Shown: piece after piece, positions 19,681 to 27,333 of the stretch
Position numbering within the stretch: the stretch's first letter is position 1
Layout: the number at the start of each line of letters is the position of its first letter
DNA from: a virus
Taxonomy: Duplodnaviria > Caudoviricetes
IMG/VR virus record: IMGVR_UViG_3300020365_000037
Coordinates: 1 to 43,060 of that record
Length of the DNA stretch: 43,060 nucleotides
Reading direction: 5' to 3' (one strand)
Position numbers and translations under genes: made by a program
The notes under the pieces: model-generated
Told to the model about the DNA's origin: nothing
What the model saw: the letters and a program-made list of their open reading frames with translations, nothing else
The model's database searches: none

Positions 19681-19735
19681 CTCTGATAGTCGGATGTGTA
19701 TCCGGCCTGATGATTGGGAGACCATGAAATCAGAG
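19681..19735 (+). ncRNA. Hammerhead ribozyme, type III (HHR2)
   Basis: Stem III CUCUGAU/AUCAGAG; cleavage after AUA (19688); stem I GUCGGAU/AUCCGGC; CUGAUGA; stem II U-UGG-GAGA-CCA-U; GAAA. Compensatory changes relative to HHR1. Confidence 0.87.
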
Positions 19736-19763
19736 ACACAGACACAGACAGGAGCAACTCGAT

Positions 19764-21755
19764 ATGTCTTATATCATTGCACAAGATTTAACCCACGCAG
19801 TAGACACTGCAATCCAGACAAGCCTGAGACACTTGCCCGACTTTGGTAAGGTTGAATGTCAGGTTACATGGCATGGTGGTGCAACGGCAGGGACCCACTG
19901 GTCTCTCAGTGATGAAGAGGGCGGCAAATACCTACGCAGTCGTATCAATATGCCTACTCTGCCAGCTACAGCATCTGTTACCAGATATGAGGCTGACACT
20001 ATGACAGGCTTCGCCATCCATGAGATGGGCCATAATATCTGCACAGATTTAAATGTCTGGAAACAGGCATGCCGTAAAGGCAAAGAATATGCCCAGATAC
20101 TAAATGCTTTTGAAGACCCGCGCATGGAACTGGACTTGGTGTCACGGGGCCGTTTCGCTGGTGCCAGAAAATATTTAGAATTACTGACAGAATACTGCGT
20201 GAGTTATTCTAAACAAAATGGCTGGCACCCTGCCAACCCACGGTCTTTGTCATTCAGCATCAACACACTGGCTTATGTAGAGATGTGCGGCTATGAAGTG
20301 CCATCTGCGGATGGCCTGTTGGATGAGGCTGGCCCATTGGCCCCTCACATTCGCATGTGGGCCGACAAGTTGAAGCTGTGCAAAACAACAGCGGATGCAT
20401 GGGCTTTGACACAAGAATTTGTGGACTACTACCCACAGCAACAGGAAGAGCCAGACGGTCAGCCAGATGTTGGTGAAGGTCAGGAAGGTGATCAGAATGA
20501 TGACCGGTCAGACACAGACAATCAGCCCATGTCTTCTGATGTTACTGAAACACCGGATGCTGACAGTGCAGAGGCTGATGCAGAGGCTGATGCAGATGCA
20601 GATGCTGATGCTGATGCAGAGGGTGATGCACAAGGTGCAACAGACACTGATGAGGCTGATGATGCTGAACAGCAGACGCCTGATGCCCAGTCACCTGTCA
20701 AAGGTTTCAGTCCTGATGCCGGTGATGGCAGTGTCATAGATGACATTAACCCTCTGGACCAGATGGATGCAGAACGTGATGTGCGGCCTATGGCTGACAA
20801 TATTACAGACCGCAATCCAGATGCCGCTGGTTTACAAGTGGTAGACACAGCGCGAAACTCTCAACTGTCTCTGGAAGGTGGTTCCATCAGGTCCGGTAAG
20901 ACACGGGCCAAGCAGATACGGGCAGACTTACCCCGCTCAGTAGGTGCGGCCAAGCAACGTATCACACGGCTGTTAACCAACCCAGACAGACGGGGCGAGT
21001 TGCGGAACCGTGACAAGGGACGTTTGGACAGGGGCCGTTTACACCGCCTGTCTAGCAATTCCAATAATGTCTTTAACAAGACATGGAAGCGGTCAGGTTA
21101 TCGGACAGCCGTTGGTATCATGGTGGACAATTCATCATCCATGCGCGGCTCAGACAACCATGATGCAGTCAAGCTGGCTTTTGTGTTGGGTGATGCTATG
21201 TCAGCGGCTAACATTAAGTTCTCTGTCTCATCATTCCCTATGGTTCAAGTTTCAGCCGCTCGTAACACTGACTTTAAAACTGAATATACACAAGGTCATG
21301 ATACGAATGGTATAGGCTGGAACCTAGCTGAAATGGGTATGGACCCCATATATCAGACTGGTTGCCGCATTAGACCGGACGCCAATGACAGCACAACACT
21401 CAAGCCGTTCAACGTGCCTTGGTCTAAGTCCGACTACAATGTGACTACCCTCTGGGGTAACACAGGTGGTGGTACACCTATGACTGAGGGTCTCATGACT
21501 ATGGCATCACAGATGCGCGACTTGGATGAAGATAAGAAAGTTATATTCATCCTGACAGACGGTGGTGCCGGTGGTCCAGACCTTGAGCAGATGGTCAAGC
21601 TGGCTAACCAGTGGGGCATCAAAGTTGTCGGACTTGAGGTGGCACATTACGGGTCACGTAAAGAGTTTGCCGACTGCTTGAACGCAAACATCTGGGGCCG
21701 CACTGTCCATGAAATTCTGATGGACTTGGACAAGCTGGCTGATGAACTTGCCTAA
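19764..21755 (+). CDS. CobT-like vWA-domain protein (N-terminal HExxH domain, acidic linker, C-terminal vWA)
   Basis: AIHEMGH and LNAFEDPRME; D/A/E-rich linker; MIDAS VDNSSSM, GGTP, ILTDG. Confidence 0.88.
   Translation: MSYIIAQDLTHAVDTAIQTSLRHLPDFGKVECQVTWHGGATAGTHWSLSDEEGGKYLRSRINMPTLPATASVTRYEADTMTGFAIHEMGHNICTDLNVWKQACRKGKEYAQILNAFEDPRMELDLVSRGRFAGARKYLELLTEYCVSYSKQNGWHPANPRSLSFSINTLAYVEMCGYEVPSADGLLDEAGPLAPHIRMWADKLKLCKTTADAWALTQEFVDYYPQQQEEPDGQPDVGEGQEGDQNDDRSDTDNQPMSSDVTETPDADSAEADAEADADADADADAEGDAQGATDTDEADDAEQQTPDAQSPVKGFSPDAGDGSVIDDINPLDQMDAERDVRPMADNITDRNPDAAGLQVVDTARNSQLSLEGGSIRSGKTRAKQIRADLPRSVGAAKQRITRLLTNPDRRGELRNRDKGRLDRGRLHRLSSNSNNVFNKTWKRSGYRTAVGIMVDNSSSMRGSDNHDAVKLAFVLGDAMSAANIKFSVSSFPMVQVSAARNTDFKTEYTQGHDTNGIGWNLAEMGMDPIYQTGCRIRPDANDSTTLKPFNVPWSKSDYNVTTLWGNTGGGTPMTEGLMTMASQMRDLDEDKKVIFILTDGGAGGPDLEQMVKLANQWGIKVVGLEVAHYGSRKEFADCLNANIWGRTVHEILMDLDKLADELA
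20573..20630 (+). repeat. Coding low-complexity repeat (GCTGAT/GCAGAT) encoding poly-AD/AE linker
   Basis: ADAEADADADADADAE tract within the vWA protein. Confidence 0.7.
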
Positions 21756-21764
21756 ACTTAACAC

Positions 21765-21790
21765 GGGGTCACCGCTTCGGTGGTGGCCCC
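21765..21790 (+). other. UUCG hairpin between vWA stop and HHR3
   Basis: GGGGTCACCGC-TTCG-GTGGTGGCCCC with no U tract. Confidence 0.7.
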
Positions 21791-21846
21791 TGCCACCTGA
21801 TGAGGCCCGATGGTCTGGGCCGAAACGCATAGCGTAGTGGTAGACC
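21791..21846 (+). ncRNA. Hammerhead ribozyme, type I with pseudoknot (HHR3)
   Basis: Stem I UGCCAC/GUGGUA; CUGAUGA; stem II GGCCC/GGGCC; GAAA; stem III CGC-AUA-GCG; cleavage after GUA (21836); loop II GGUC can pair with GACC at 21843-21846. Confidence 0.92.
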
Positions 21847-21878
21847 CACAGACACAGACACAGACGAGAGGTAATACA

Positions 21879-22073
21879 ATGTCTAAATTTACAGCAAAAG
21901 TAGAAGTTTATGGAACTGTTTGGAGGAGCGTCACTGTTTCTGGAAACAGTCAAGCCGAACTGGAAGCAAATGCCCAGAGTGAATGGGCGCGAGTAGTAGG
22001 GGGCCAAGTTGGCAACGCCCAAGCCACACACATGCAAATTCTGGAGAAGGAAAACTCAAATGCCAAAATTTAA
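21879..22073 (+). CDS. Small early protein
   Basis: GAGG RBS then MSKFTAKVEVYG...; this start is preferred over 21810, which lies inside the ribozyme. Confidence 0.7.
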   Translation: MSKFTAKVEVYGTVWRSVTVSGNSQAELEANAQSEWARVVGGQVGNAQATHMQILEKENSNAKI

Positions 22074-22248
22074 GGTAACCGCCACGATGGACGTGGGATA
22101 TGAACTAATCCTTGAAGCACCCAATGCGGATACAGCTTGGCAGATGGCAAAGCAAAATGACACTGATTGGGTCAAAGCAGATGATGGTCACGAATGGACT
22201 ATGGAAGATGTACATCCTGTCAATGAAGTGGAGATGACTAATGACTAA
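22060..22248 (+). CDS. Small early protein (possibly DpnD/PcfM-like)
   Basis: AAGGA RBS; MPKFKVTATMDVGYELILEAPNADTAWQMA. Confidence 0.65.
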   Translation: MPKFKVTATMDVGYELILEAPNADTAWQMAKQNDTDWVKADDGHEWTMEDVHPVNEVEMTND

Positions 22249-22462
22249 CGTAAATAAACCGGCTGAACTGTACACCGTATCAGGTGTCACACTTTATGAA
22301 CATCCGCTGTATGGCAGTGATGTTCCCGTACTGGTTAAGGTTGGCCTTAACTACTATGACACTTCGTTCTATGACCCGGACCAAGGTGATATGGAATATG
22401 TCATAGACATGATTAATGAAATCAAAATAGGAGCGGGGAGTCATGAGCCAGTCAAATTCTAA
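22241..22462 (+). CDS. Hypothetical protein
   Basis: 73 aa, GGAG RBS, overlaps neighbours. Confidence 0.6.
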   Translation: MTNVNKPAELYTVSGVTLYEHPLYGSDVPVLVKVGLNYYDTSFYDPDQGDMEYVIDMINEIKIGAGSHEPVKF

Positions 22463-23027
22463 TCCGGTTGTGGGATACAACTTTAAACTTCCCTATCGGG
22501 CTAAGACGGACGGGCGGTCACGTAAGTTTCCAAAAGGAACTAAGGTGGTTGTCCTCTGGAAAGGCACGACAGACTATGGTGACACTGTGCGTGTGGTTGA
22601 TGAAGCTGAATTCCTCAAGTGTATTGAGGACCAATACAGGCCCATACCGCGCTCTGTTTTTCTACACCCAGACAGAATAAAAGAGGTCTTGGGATGGGGA
22701 CAAAACACCTTACAAAACGCAGACTGGTATGAGGAAAATCTCATAAAGATGGGTCTGTTAAAGGATGGGACAGATAGTAACAATGCTGTTTTGTTTTATG
22801 GCAAAATCAAAAATGAAACAGACAAGGCACTACTCATCGACTTAGCAGACTTAATTGAACCTGAGTGGTTTGCTAAATCTACCATCGTTCAACGTGGTAA
22901 GCTGACAGACCGTGACCAGCATGGTTTTGAAGCCCCGCTCTGGCTTCTGAAAAAGAAGGTGGGCGAGGTCAAGGCCAAGATGTTTGAGGACTGTCGCAGT
23001 GCGATAGAGAGGAGGCTAGTCACATGA
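22443..23027 (+). CDS. Hypothetical protein
   Basis: 194 aa; contains ETDKALLI...EWFAKS, a motif common in small phage proteins. Confidence 0.65.
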   Translation: MSQSNSNPVVGYNFKLPYRAKTDGRSRKFPKGTKVVVLWKGTTDYGDTVRVVDEAEFLKCIEDQYRPIPRSVFLHPDRIKEVLGWGQNTLQNADWYEENLIKMGLLKDGTDSNNAVLFYGKIKNETDKALLIDLADLIEPEWFAKSTIVQRGKLTDRDQHGFEAPLWLLKKKVGEVKAKMFEDCRSAIERRLVT

Positions 23028-23446
23028 CAGTAGCCCCTTCAGTACCGGAAGCATTGCTTCGCAAAAGGTTTGCAAAGAAGCGCAAGCCGATGGGGTGGGT
23101 AGACCACTTCCCAATTGAAGACCCTAGACAGACACAGAACACTCTGTCACCGGCTCAGTTGCGGATAAGTCTACTTGCCCTAGACATGGAACCGGTGGAG
23201 TTACGTGCATTGTTTGGCGTAACCAATCAGACCATGAAGAACTGGTCTTCGGGCAGAACACCACTGCCCAAAGGCATCGCTGATTATCTCAGGCTCAAAG
23301 TTGCACAGCGTATCCGCGCCCTGTCTATCGGGACGGGTACGCCTGTGTCTCTGGAAGAAGATTTGCCAGACAAGGTTCCAAGTATGAAAGCCTTGGCGGC
23401 AATTGATGAGATATTAAAAACACTTCGTGCATATCTCAGTGCATAG
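23024..23446 (+). CDS. XRE-like helix-turn-helix protein
   Basis: LSPAQLR...ELRALFGVTNQTMKNWSSGRTPLP. Confidence 0.7.
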   Translation: MTVAPSVPEALLRKRFAKKRKPMGWVDHFPIEDPRQTQNTLSPAQLRISLLALDMEPVELRALFGVTNQTMKNWSSGRTPLPKGIADYLRLKVAQRIRALSIGTGTPVSLEEDLPDKVPSMKALAAIDEILKTLRAYLSA

Positions 23447-23450
23447 ACAT

Positions 23451-23484
23451 AGGGCGGTATCCTTCGGGGTGCCGCCCTTTTTTT
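23451..23484 (+). terminator. Intrinsic terminator ending the early operon
   Basis: AGGGCGGTATCC-TTCG-GGGTGCCGCCCT followed by a T run. Confidence 0.9.
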
Positions 23485-23488
23485 GTGC

Positions 23489-23713
23489 CTAGTTTACGGG
23501 TGTGCCTTGCATGTCTATATGAAACCCGCAGTCAGCGCATGTGATACCGGAACATTCCATGTCTACGTCTGCGTCTGGATTGGCAGACAGTGTCGAGCCT
23601 GTGTCTGGGTCCATCACCACATTCCAGTTGACACTCTCACATTCGGGACAGCCCATCAGGTAACGCCTTTTAGCAGAACCAAAATCTACTCTGACAATTT
23701 CACCGGACATCAA
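23489..23713 (-). CDS. Zn-ribbon protein
   Basis: CPEC...CADC. Confidence 0.6.
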   Translation of the reverse strand: MMSGEIVRVDFGSAKRRYLMGCPECESVNWNVVMDPDTGSTLSANPDADVDMECSGITCADCGFHIDMQGTPVN

Positions 23714-24168
23714 GATACCTCATCTATTACACACATAAGGACAGACAGCGCATCGCTTTCGTCATCATTCGCCACATGCACATCAGGAAACTGACTGGTG
23801 ACCACCAATCGGACTTTGTCTTTCTTCGCAATGCCGGAACCGGCAACATGCTTCTTGACTGTGGTCACGCCGATGCCTCGATATGGAATCGCCATCTCTT
23901 CACAGACAGACATCAAGACACCACGCAGTTCCCCATATATCTGAGCCGCGTATGTCGCGCTGTGTCTCTCAACATTCTCAAAGGCCAGTTCAGTCACCGG
24001 ACCTATTGCTTCAAAAAGTTTTTCGAGTTCGCGTCTGAGAGTTAATGCTCTCATACCACCGCCCATCATTCGGGCCTTACTCGTATCTATAGAAGTGACT
24101 GACACTTCATCACCGGACTTCCACGCAACACCACAGTGTGTCCCGATGTCCACGCCTACTATTGTCAT
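23710..24168 (-). CDS. ruvC: RuvC-like Holliday junction resolvase
   Basis: IVGVDIGTHCG, LAFE, VKKHVAGSGIAKK, DDESDAL. Confidence 0.88.
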   Translation of the reverse strand: MTIVGVDIGTHCGVAWKSGDEVSVTSIDTSKARMMGGGMRALTLRRELEKLFEAIGPVTELAFENVERHSATYAAQIYGELRGVLMSVCEEMAIPYRGIGVTTVKKHVAGSGIAKKDKVRLVVTSQFPDVHVANDDESDALSVLMCVIDEVS

Positions 24169-24199
24169 TATTATATTCCCCGACTGTGTCTATGTCTAA

Positions 24200-24228
24200 A
24201 CAGTAGACATGTCTAGTGTCTATGTCAA
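24200..24228 (-). promoter_or_regulatory. Putative promoter for ruvC
   Basis: TTGACA-17 nt-TACTGT on the minus strand, embedded in AGACA repeats. Confidence 0.5.
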
Positions 24229-24264
24229 ACTACACAGTCTGTCACTCTGTACTGCGGAATATAC

Positions 24265-24559
24265 ATGATGACGATGATGACAATAAAACCGCACAAAATT
24301 ACCTGTCATACTTTTTTCTCTTGTTTGTTCTGTATTTGTTCTTATAATAAGACACTAACGCATTAAATCATAAATATATCGTCATCATCGTCATCATCTA
24401 CCATTTCATCTGGTAAACACTAGACATTACAGGCGGTTATGTGATGACAATAGACACCGGCTTATTGTCATCTTATCGTCATCAACCGTCATCAAAACAG
24501 ACTGTGTACACCGGATATGATGACAAATGATGACGATGGATGACGGTTGATGACGATAA
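24265..24559. repeat. GATGAC iteron cluster with inverted repeats; putative replication origin
   Basis: Perfect 17-bp IR (24265-24281 / 24381-24397) around an AT-rich spacer; perfect 21-bp IR (24473-24493 / 24539-24559); many GATGAC/GTCATC copies; non-coding. Confidence 0.7.
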
Positions 24560-24651
24560 AAAACGGATTAATTTATTTCAAAGGGGTTGCGTTCTAGTAT
24601 AACACCATTAAAATGACGATAGAATAATAGTGACAGAAGGGACAAAGACAG

Positions 24652-25209
24652 ATGGACAATGTAGAAAAAGAATTACGCACACAGTATGGCATTGAACAGG
24701 CCAAGCATCAGATTGCAGTTTATAAGGGCCGTCAAACTCGCATGGCCACACCCCTTCAGAGATATTTTAATTCCTCTCCAGCCAGAAATACTTTTGCGAG
24801 GCAGATGTTTATAGCGGCACATGTAAAGTCACTTTACACCAAGAAAGCTATCGCAGAAGAGTTAGGCATAAGCTGGCAAGCCGCGCACACAATGGTCGAA
24901 GAGTGTAAGGCAAGCGGTTGGGTTGAAGTTGATGAGGCAAGAGAAACAGGTAAGGGTGCAACATTTAAAGCCAGCCCTACACTTGTTGAGGCTCACAACT
25001 GGTATATTGATTTTCATATTCAGACGGTTAACGAAACCGGCACACGCTACTACATCAATGCCCTTGACGAATACAGACGCGGCAAAAGACAAGCTGGTTT
25101 AGATTGTGAAAGCATCACACCATCCCTAGATTATTCACCAGACACAGATAAACAAAAAGGAAAGCACGTAAACACAAATGTCAGATTTTTACGAACAGCA
25201 GATAGATGA
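24652..25209 (+). CDS. Winged-helix (MarR-like) DNA-binding protein
   Basis: TKKAIAEELGISWQAAHTMVEECKASGWVEV. Confidence 0.65.
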   Translation: MDNVEKELRTQYGIEQAKHQIAVYKGRQTRMATPLQRYFNSSPARNTFARQMFIAAHVKSLYTKKAIAEELGISWQAAHTMVEECKASGWVEVDEARETGKGATFKASPTLVEAHNWYIDFHIQTVNETGTRYYINALDEYRRGKRQAGLDCESITPSLDYSPDTDKQKGKHVNTNVRFLRTADR

Positions 25210-25369
25210 AGTAACTAGCATTCAAGGTGACGCAGATTGGCCTATGGCACCGCCTATCACATTTGATTGTCCATCATGTGAGGGTACGGGTTTCCAGATG
25301 CGAGACCCACACACATGGTCACCGGAACCTTGTGAAACCTGTACCCCAGAAAATCAAAAGCCCCGTTGA
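25178..25369 (+). CDS. Small Zn-finger protein
   Basis: CPSCEGTG...PCETC. Confidence 0.6.
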   Translation: MSDFYEQQIDEVTSIQGDADWPMAPPITFDCPSCEGTGFQMRDPHTWSPEPCETCTPENQKPR

Positions 25370-25490
25370 GGGGCTTTAGTTTTTTCCGGTTATATATTTT
25401 CTTGCTTTTAACGACACGCTGACGCCACAGTCTGTCAGAAAGAACCCGCGCTACGGGTGAGCCTCTGCCATATTTTATCTTGTTCTTCAT
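25257..25490 (-). CDS. Basic protein resembling ArfA ribosome-rescue factor
   Basis: SPVARVLSDRLWRQRVVKSKKIYNRKK resembles the ArfA core ([24 protein letters not shown], from memory); GGAG RBS. Confidence 0.5.
   Translation of the reverse strand: MKNKIKYGRGSPVARVLSDRLWRQRVVKSKKIYNRKKLKPLNGAFDFLGYRFHKVPVTMCVGLASGNPYPHMMDNQM
25351..25386. terminator. Bidirectional intrinsic terminator
   Basis: AAAGCCCC-GTTGA-GGGGCTTT with T-rich tails on both strands, between convergent genes. Confidence 0.7.
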
Positions 25491-25635
25491 CGGACAATCT
25501 CCTTATGGGTCTGCGACACGCACCACATACAACCTCTTTGCTGTTATGATATACACGCCCTCTTGTTAGTGCGCCACAGAAATCACAGGCAACATGACCG
25601 CATGAATGTGTGTGAAAAGGTTTATACTTGGTCAT
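25435..25635 (-). CDS. Small Zn-finger protein
   Basis: MTKYKPF...CDFCG...CGAC. Confidence 0.55.
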   Translation of the reverse strand: MTKYKPFHTHSCGHVACDFCGALTRGRVYHNSKEVVCGACRRPIRRLSDEEQDKIWQRLTRSAGSF

Positions 25636-25810
25636 TCTTGGCAAGCCAATCATCGACTGCGTCCCTAATCAGACTGGCCGCGCTGATATGTTTGGCCCCG
25701 TCTTTACGTGCCTTGTGTGCAATCTTCTGTAACTTGTCTAGCTGGTCCACTTTCAGCAACGTACTCATCTGTATTGTTGGCGCACCTATTGTGTTTGGTC
25801 TTGGCATCAC
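25622..25810 (-). CDS. Ribbon-helix-helix DNA-binding protein
   Basis: QMSTLLKVDQLDKL...ISAASLIRDAVDDWL pattern. Confidence 0.65.
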   Translation of the reverse strand: MMPRPNTIGAPTIQMSTLLKVDQLDKLQKIAHKARKDGAKHISAASLIRDAVDDWLAKNDQV

Positions 25811-27333
25811 ACGCTCCCTAGCCCAGTGTTGATGTTAGCTTCTTTGAGTTTGGTCTGGTCTGTCTTGTGATACTGGTCATCCAGAGACCAGCCAGCATCC
25901 AGCCATGTCTTGCCCTTGTCCGTGAAGTGCAAGCTGAACCGCGCTCTGATTGTACCGCGTTGCACCCTGCCAGTTGTGCTGTTGGGCGCGAACTCAGACA
26001 GTCTGCGAGACAACCACTGCGGTGATGTCTTTGTCTGCAAGGCATGGTCTCTGCTGAATTGCGTAGACAGGAAGCCTCTGTATGCAGACACAACGTCTGT
26101 CATTTTGACAGCACAGTTGCTGTTTGCCCTGACCAGTGCTTCTTCTAGGAACACACGCAACGGGTCTTGCTCTGCCTTAATTTCATCTTGCTTGGCAATC
26201 AGGCTAGGCGGCACATCGAAGTGGCCCCGTGTCTTGAGTGCCTTGAGCCTAGACACTAGCCTCTGTAGAATGCCAGACAGTTCTGCATCCAGTCGGTCTT
26301 TCAGACTGTGGTCCTCTGCGTTGTAGTCAATCACAGTGTCCATCGGGACAAACAGTGTGCGGTCATAGACAGCATCAGACGTGTCATCAATCTTTGGCAA
26401 CGAATTACCGGCCAGTCCAACTGTCAGATTCAAACGGCCTTCAAACGGACGCTCAAACTTTACTTTGATAGACAGCGGCTCGTTTGTGATTATCCTCTTA
26501 ATGATGCTGTCATTCATGACAGTGCCGACTTTGATTTCATCAGACAGCCAGACAGCTTTGCCCATCAGTGCTTGTGCGCCAAAGCCGTTTAGTTCCTGAA
26601 GGTCGATGGCTGTTGCCAGCTTCTCACCAAATATCTGGCGCGGCACATCCAAGATGGTAGACTTTCCGGTTCTCCGCTCTCCATACAGAAACAAACATTT
26701 AGACATGGCACGGGGCCGTCTATGTCTGTATAGACATGAAGACATCCATTCTTCTAACAACACAATCACCCGGTCACGGTCCGCCGGGTCGATGTGCGCC
26801 ATGAGATTCTTGACGGTATTGTCCCAGACAGGGCAATCAGCTTGGTCATTCCACTCTGCCGCCAGCACGTTGTCTTCACGCAGATACCAATTCTTCTGGA
26901 CAGACACAGTCTGAAATGTCTCCAGACAGAAAGCGACATTGTTAGAGCAGATGATTACGTTGCCGTGTTGGCCCCAGTCCACATCATCTACATACACTCT
27001 GACCTTCACGCCAGACAGAACTTCAGTTCTCAGGTTTCGGTTCGGCACAATACCAATCAGATTACGGAACCACTGGTCAATCTCGCTCTCTACAAACAGC
27101 GCATCTTTCACACGCCAGATGCCAACGGCTGGGTCAAAGGTGTACCACTTGTCCTGAGTGTGTAGTATGTCTGCGCTGTTCTGCCTGAAGTGTAGGACCA
27201 TTGCATCAATAGCCGCACCCACGATGTCAGACATGCGCGGTTGACGGCCAGCCGCTTGCGCTGTCTGCACATGATTTATGATGCGCTGTGTTGGGTCTGC
27301 TGGGTTAGGCGCGAGACTAGATTGGTTCTGCAT
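25807..27333 (-). CDS. SF3 (D5/P4-type) replicative helicase
   Basis: LYGERRTGKST, WLSDE, AGNSLP, DAVYDRTLFVP; start MQNQ has a GGGAG RBS. Confidence 0.88.
   Translation of the reverse strand: MQNQSSLAPNPADPTQRIINHVQTAQAAGRQPRMSDIVGAAIDAMVLHFRQNSADILHTQDKWYTFDPAVGIWRVKDALFVESEIDQWFRNLIGIVPNRNLRTEVLSGVKVRVYVDDVDWGQHGNVIICSNNVAFCLETFQTVSVQKNWYLREDNVLAAEWNDQADCPVWDNTVKNLMAHIDPADRDRVIVLLEEWMSSCLYRHRRPRAMSKCLFLYGERRTGKSTILDVPRQIFGEKLATAIDLQELNGFGAQALMGKAVWLSDEIKVGTVMNDSIIKRIITNEPLSIKVKFERPFEGRLNLTVGLAGNSLPKIDDTSDAVYDRTLFVPMDTVIDYNAEDHSLKDRLDAELSGILQRLVSRLKALKTRGHFDVPPSLIAKQDEIKAEQDPLRVFLEEALVRANSNCAVKMTDVVSAYRGFLSTQFSRDHALQTKTSPQWLSRRLSEFAPNSTTGRVQRGTIRARFSLHFTDKGKTWLDAGWSLDDQYHKTDQTKLKEANINTGLGSV

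Noticed and set aside
18153-21755. True cobS/cobT cobalamin-synthesis genes
   Set aside because: No cobN or other cob genes in the window; motifs support only the wider MoxR-vWA family.
21810-21878. N-terminal extension of the 21810..22073 ORF
   Set aside because: The ATG lies in ribozyme loop II upstream of the cleavage site and has no RBS; 21879 has a good RBS.
24265-24559. CRISPR array
   Set aside because: Repeats are short, irregularly spaced and in both orientations, without unique spacers of constant length.
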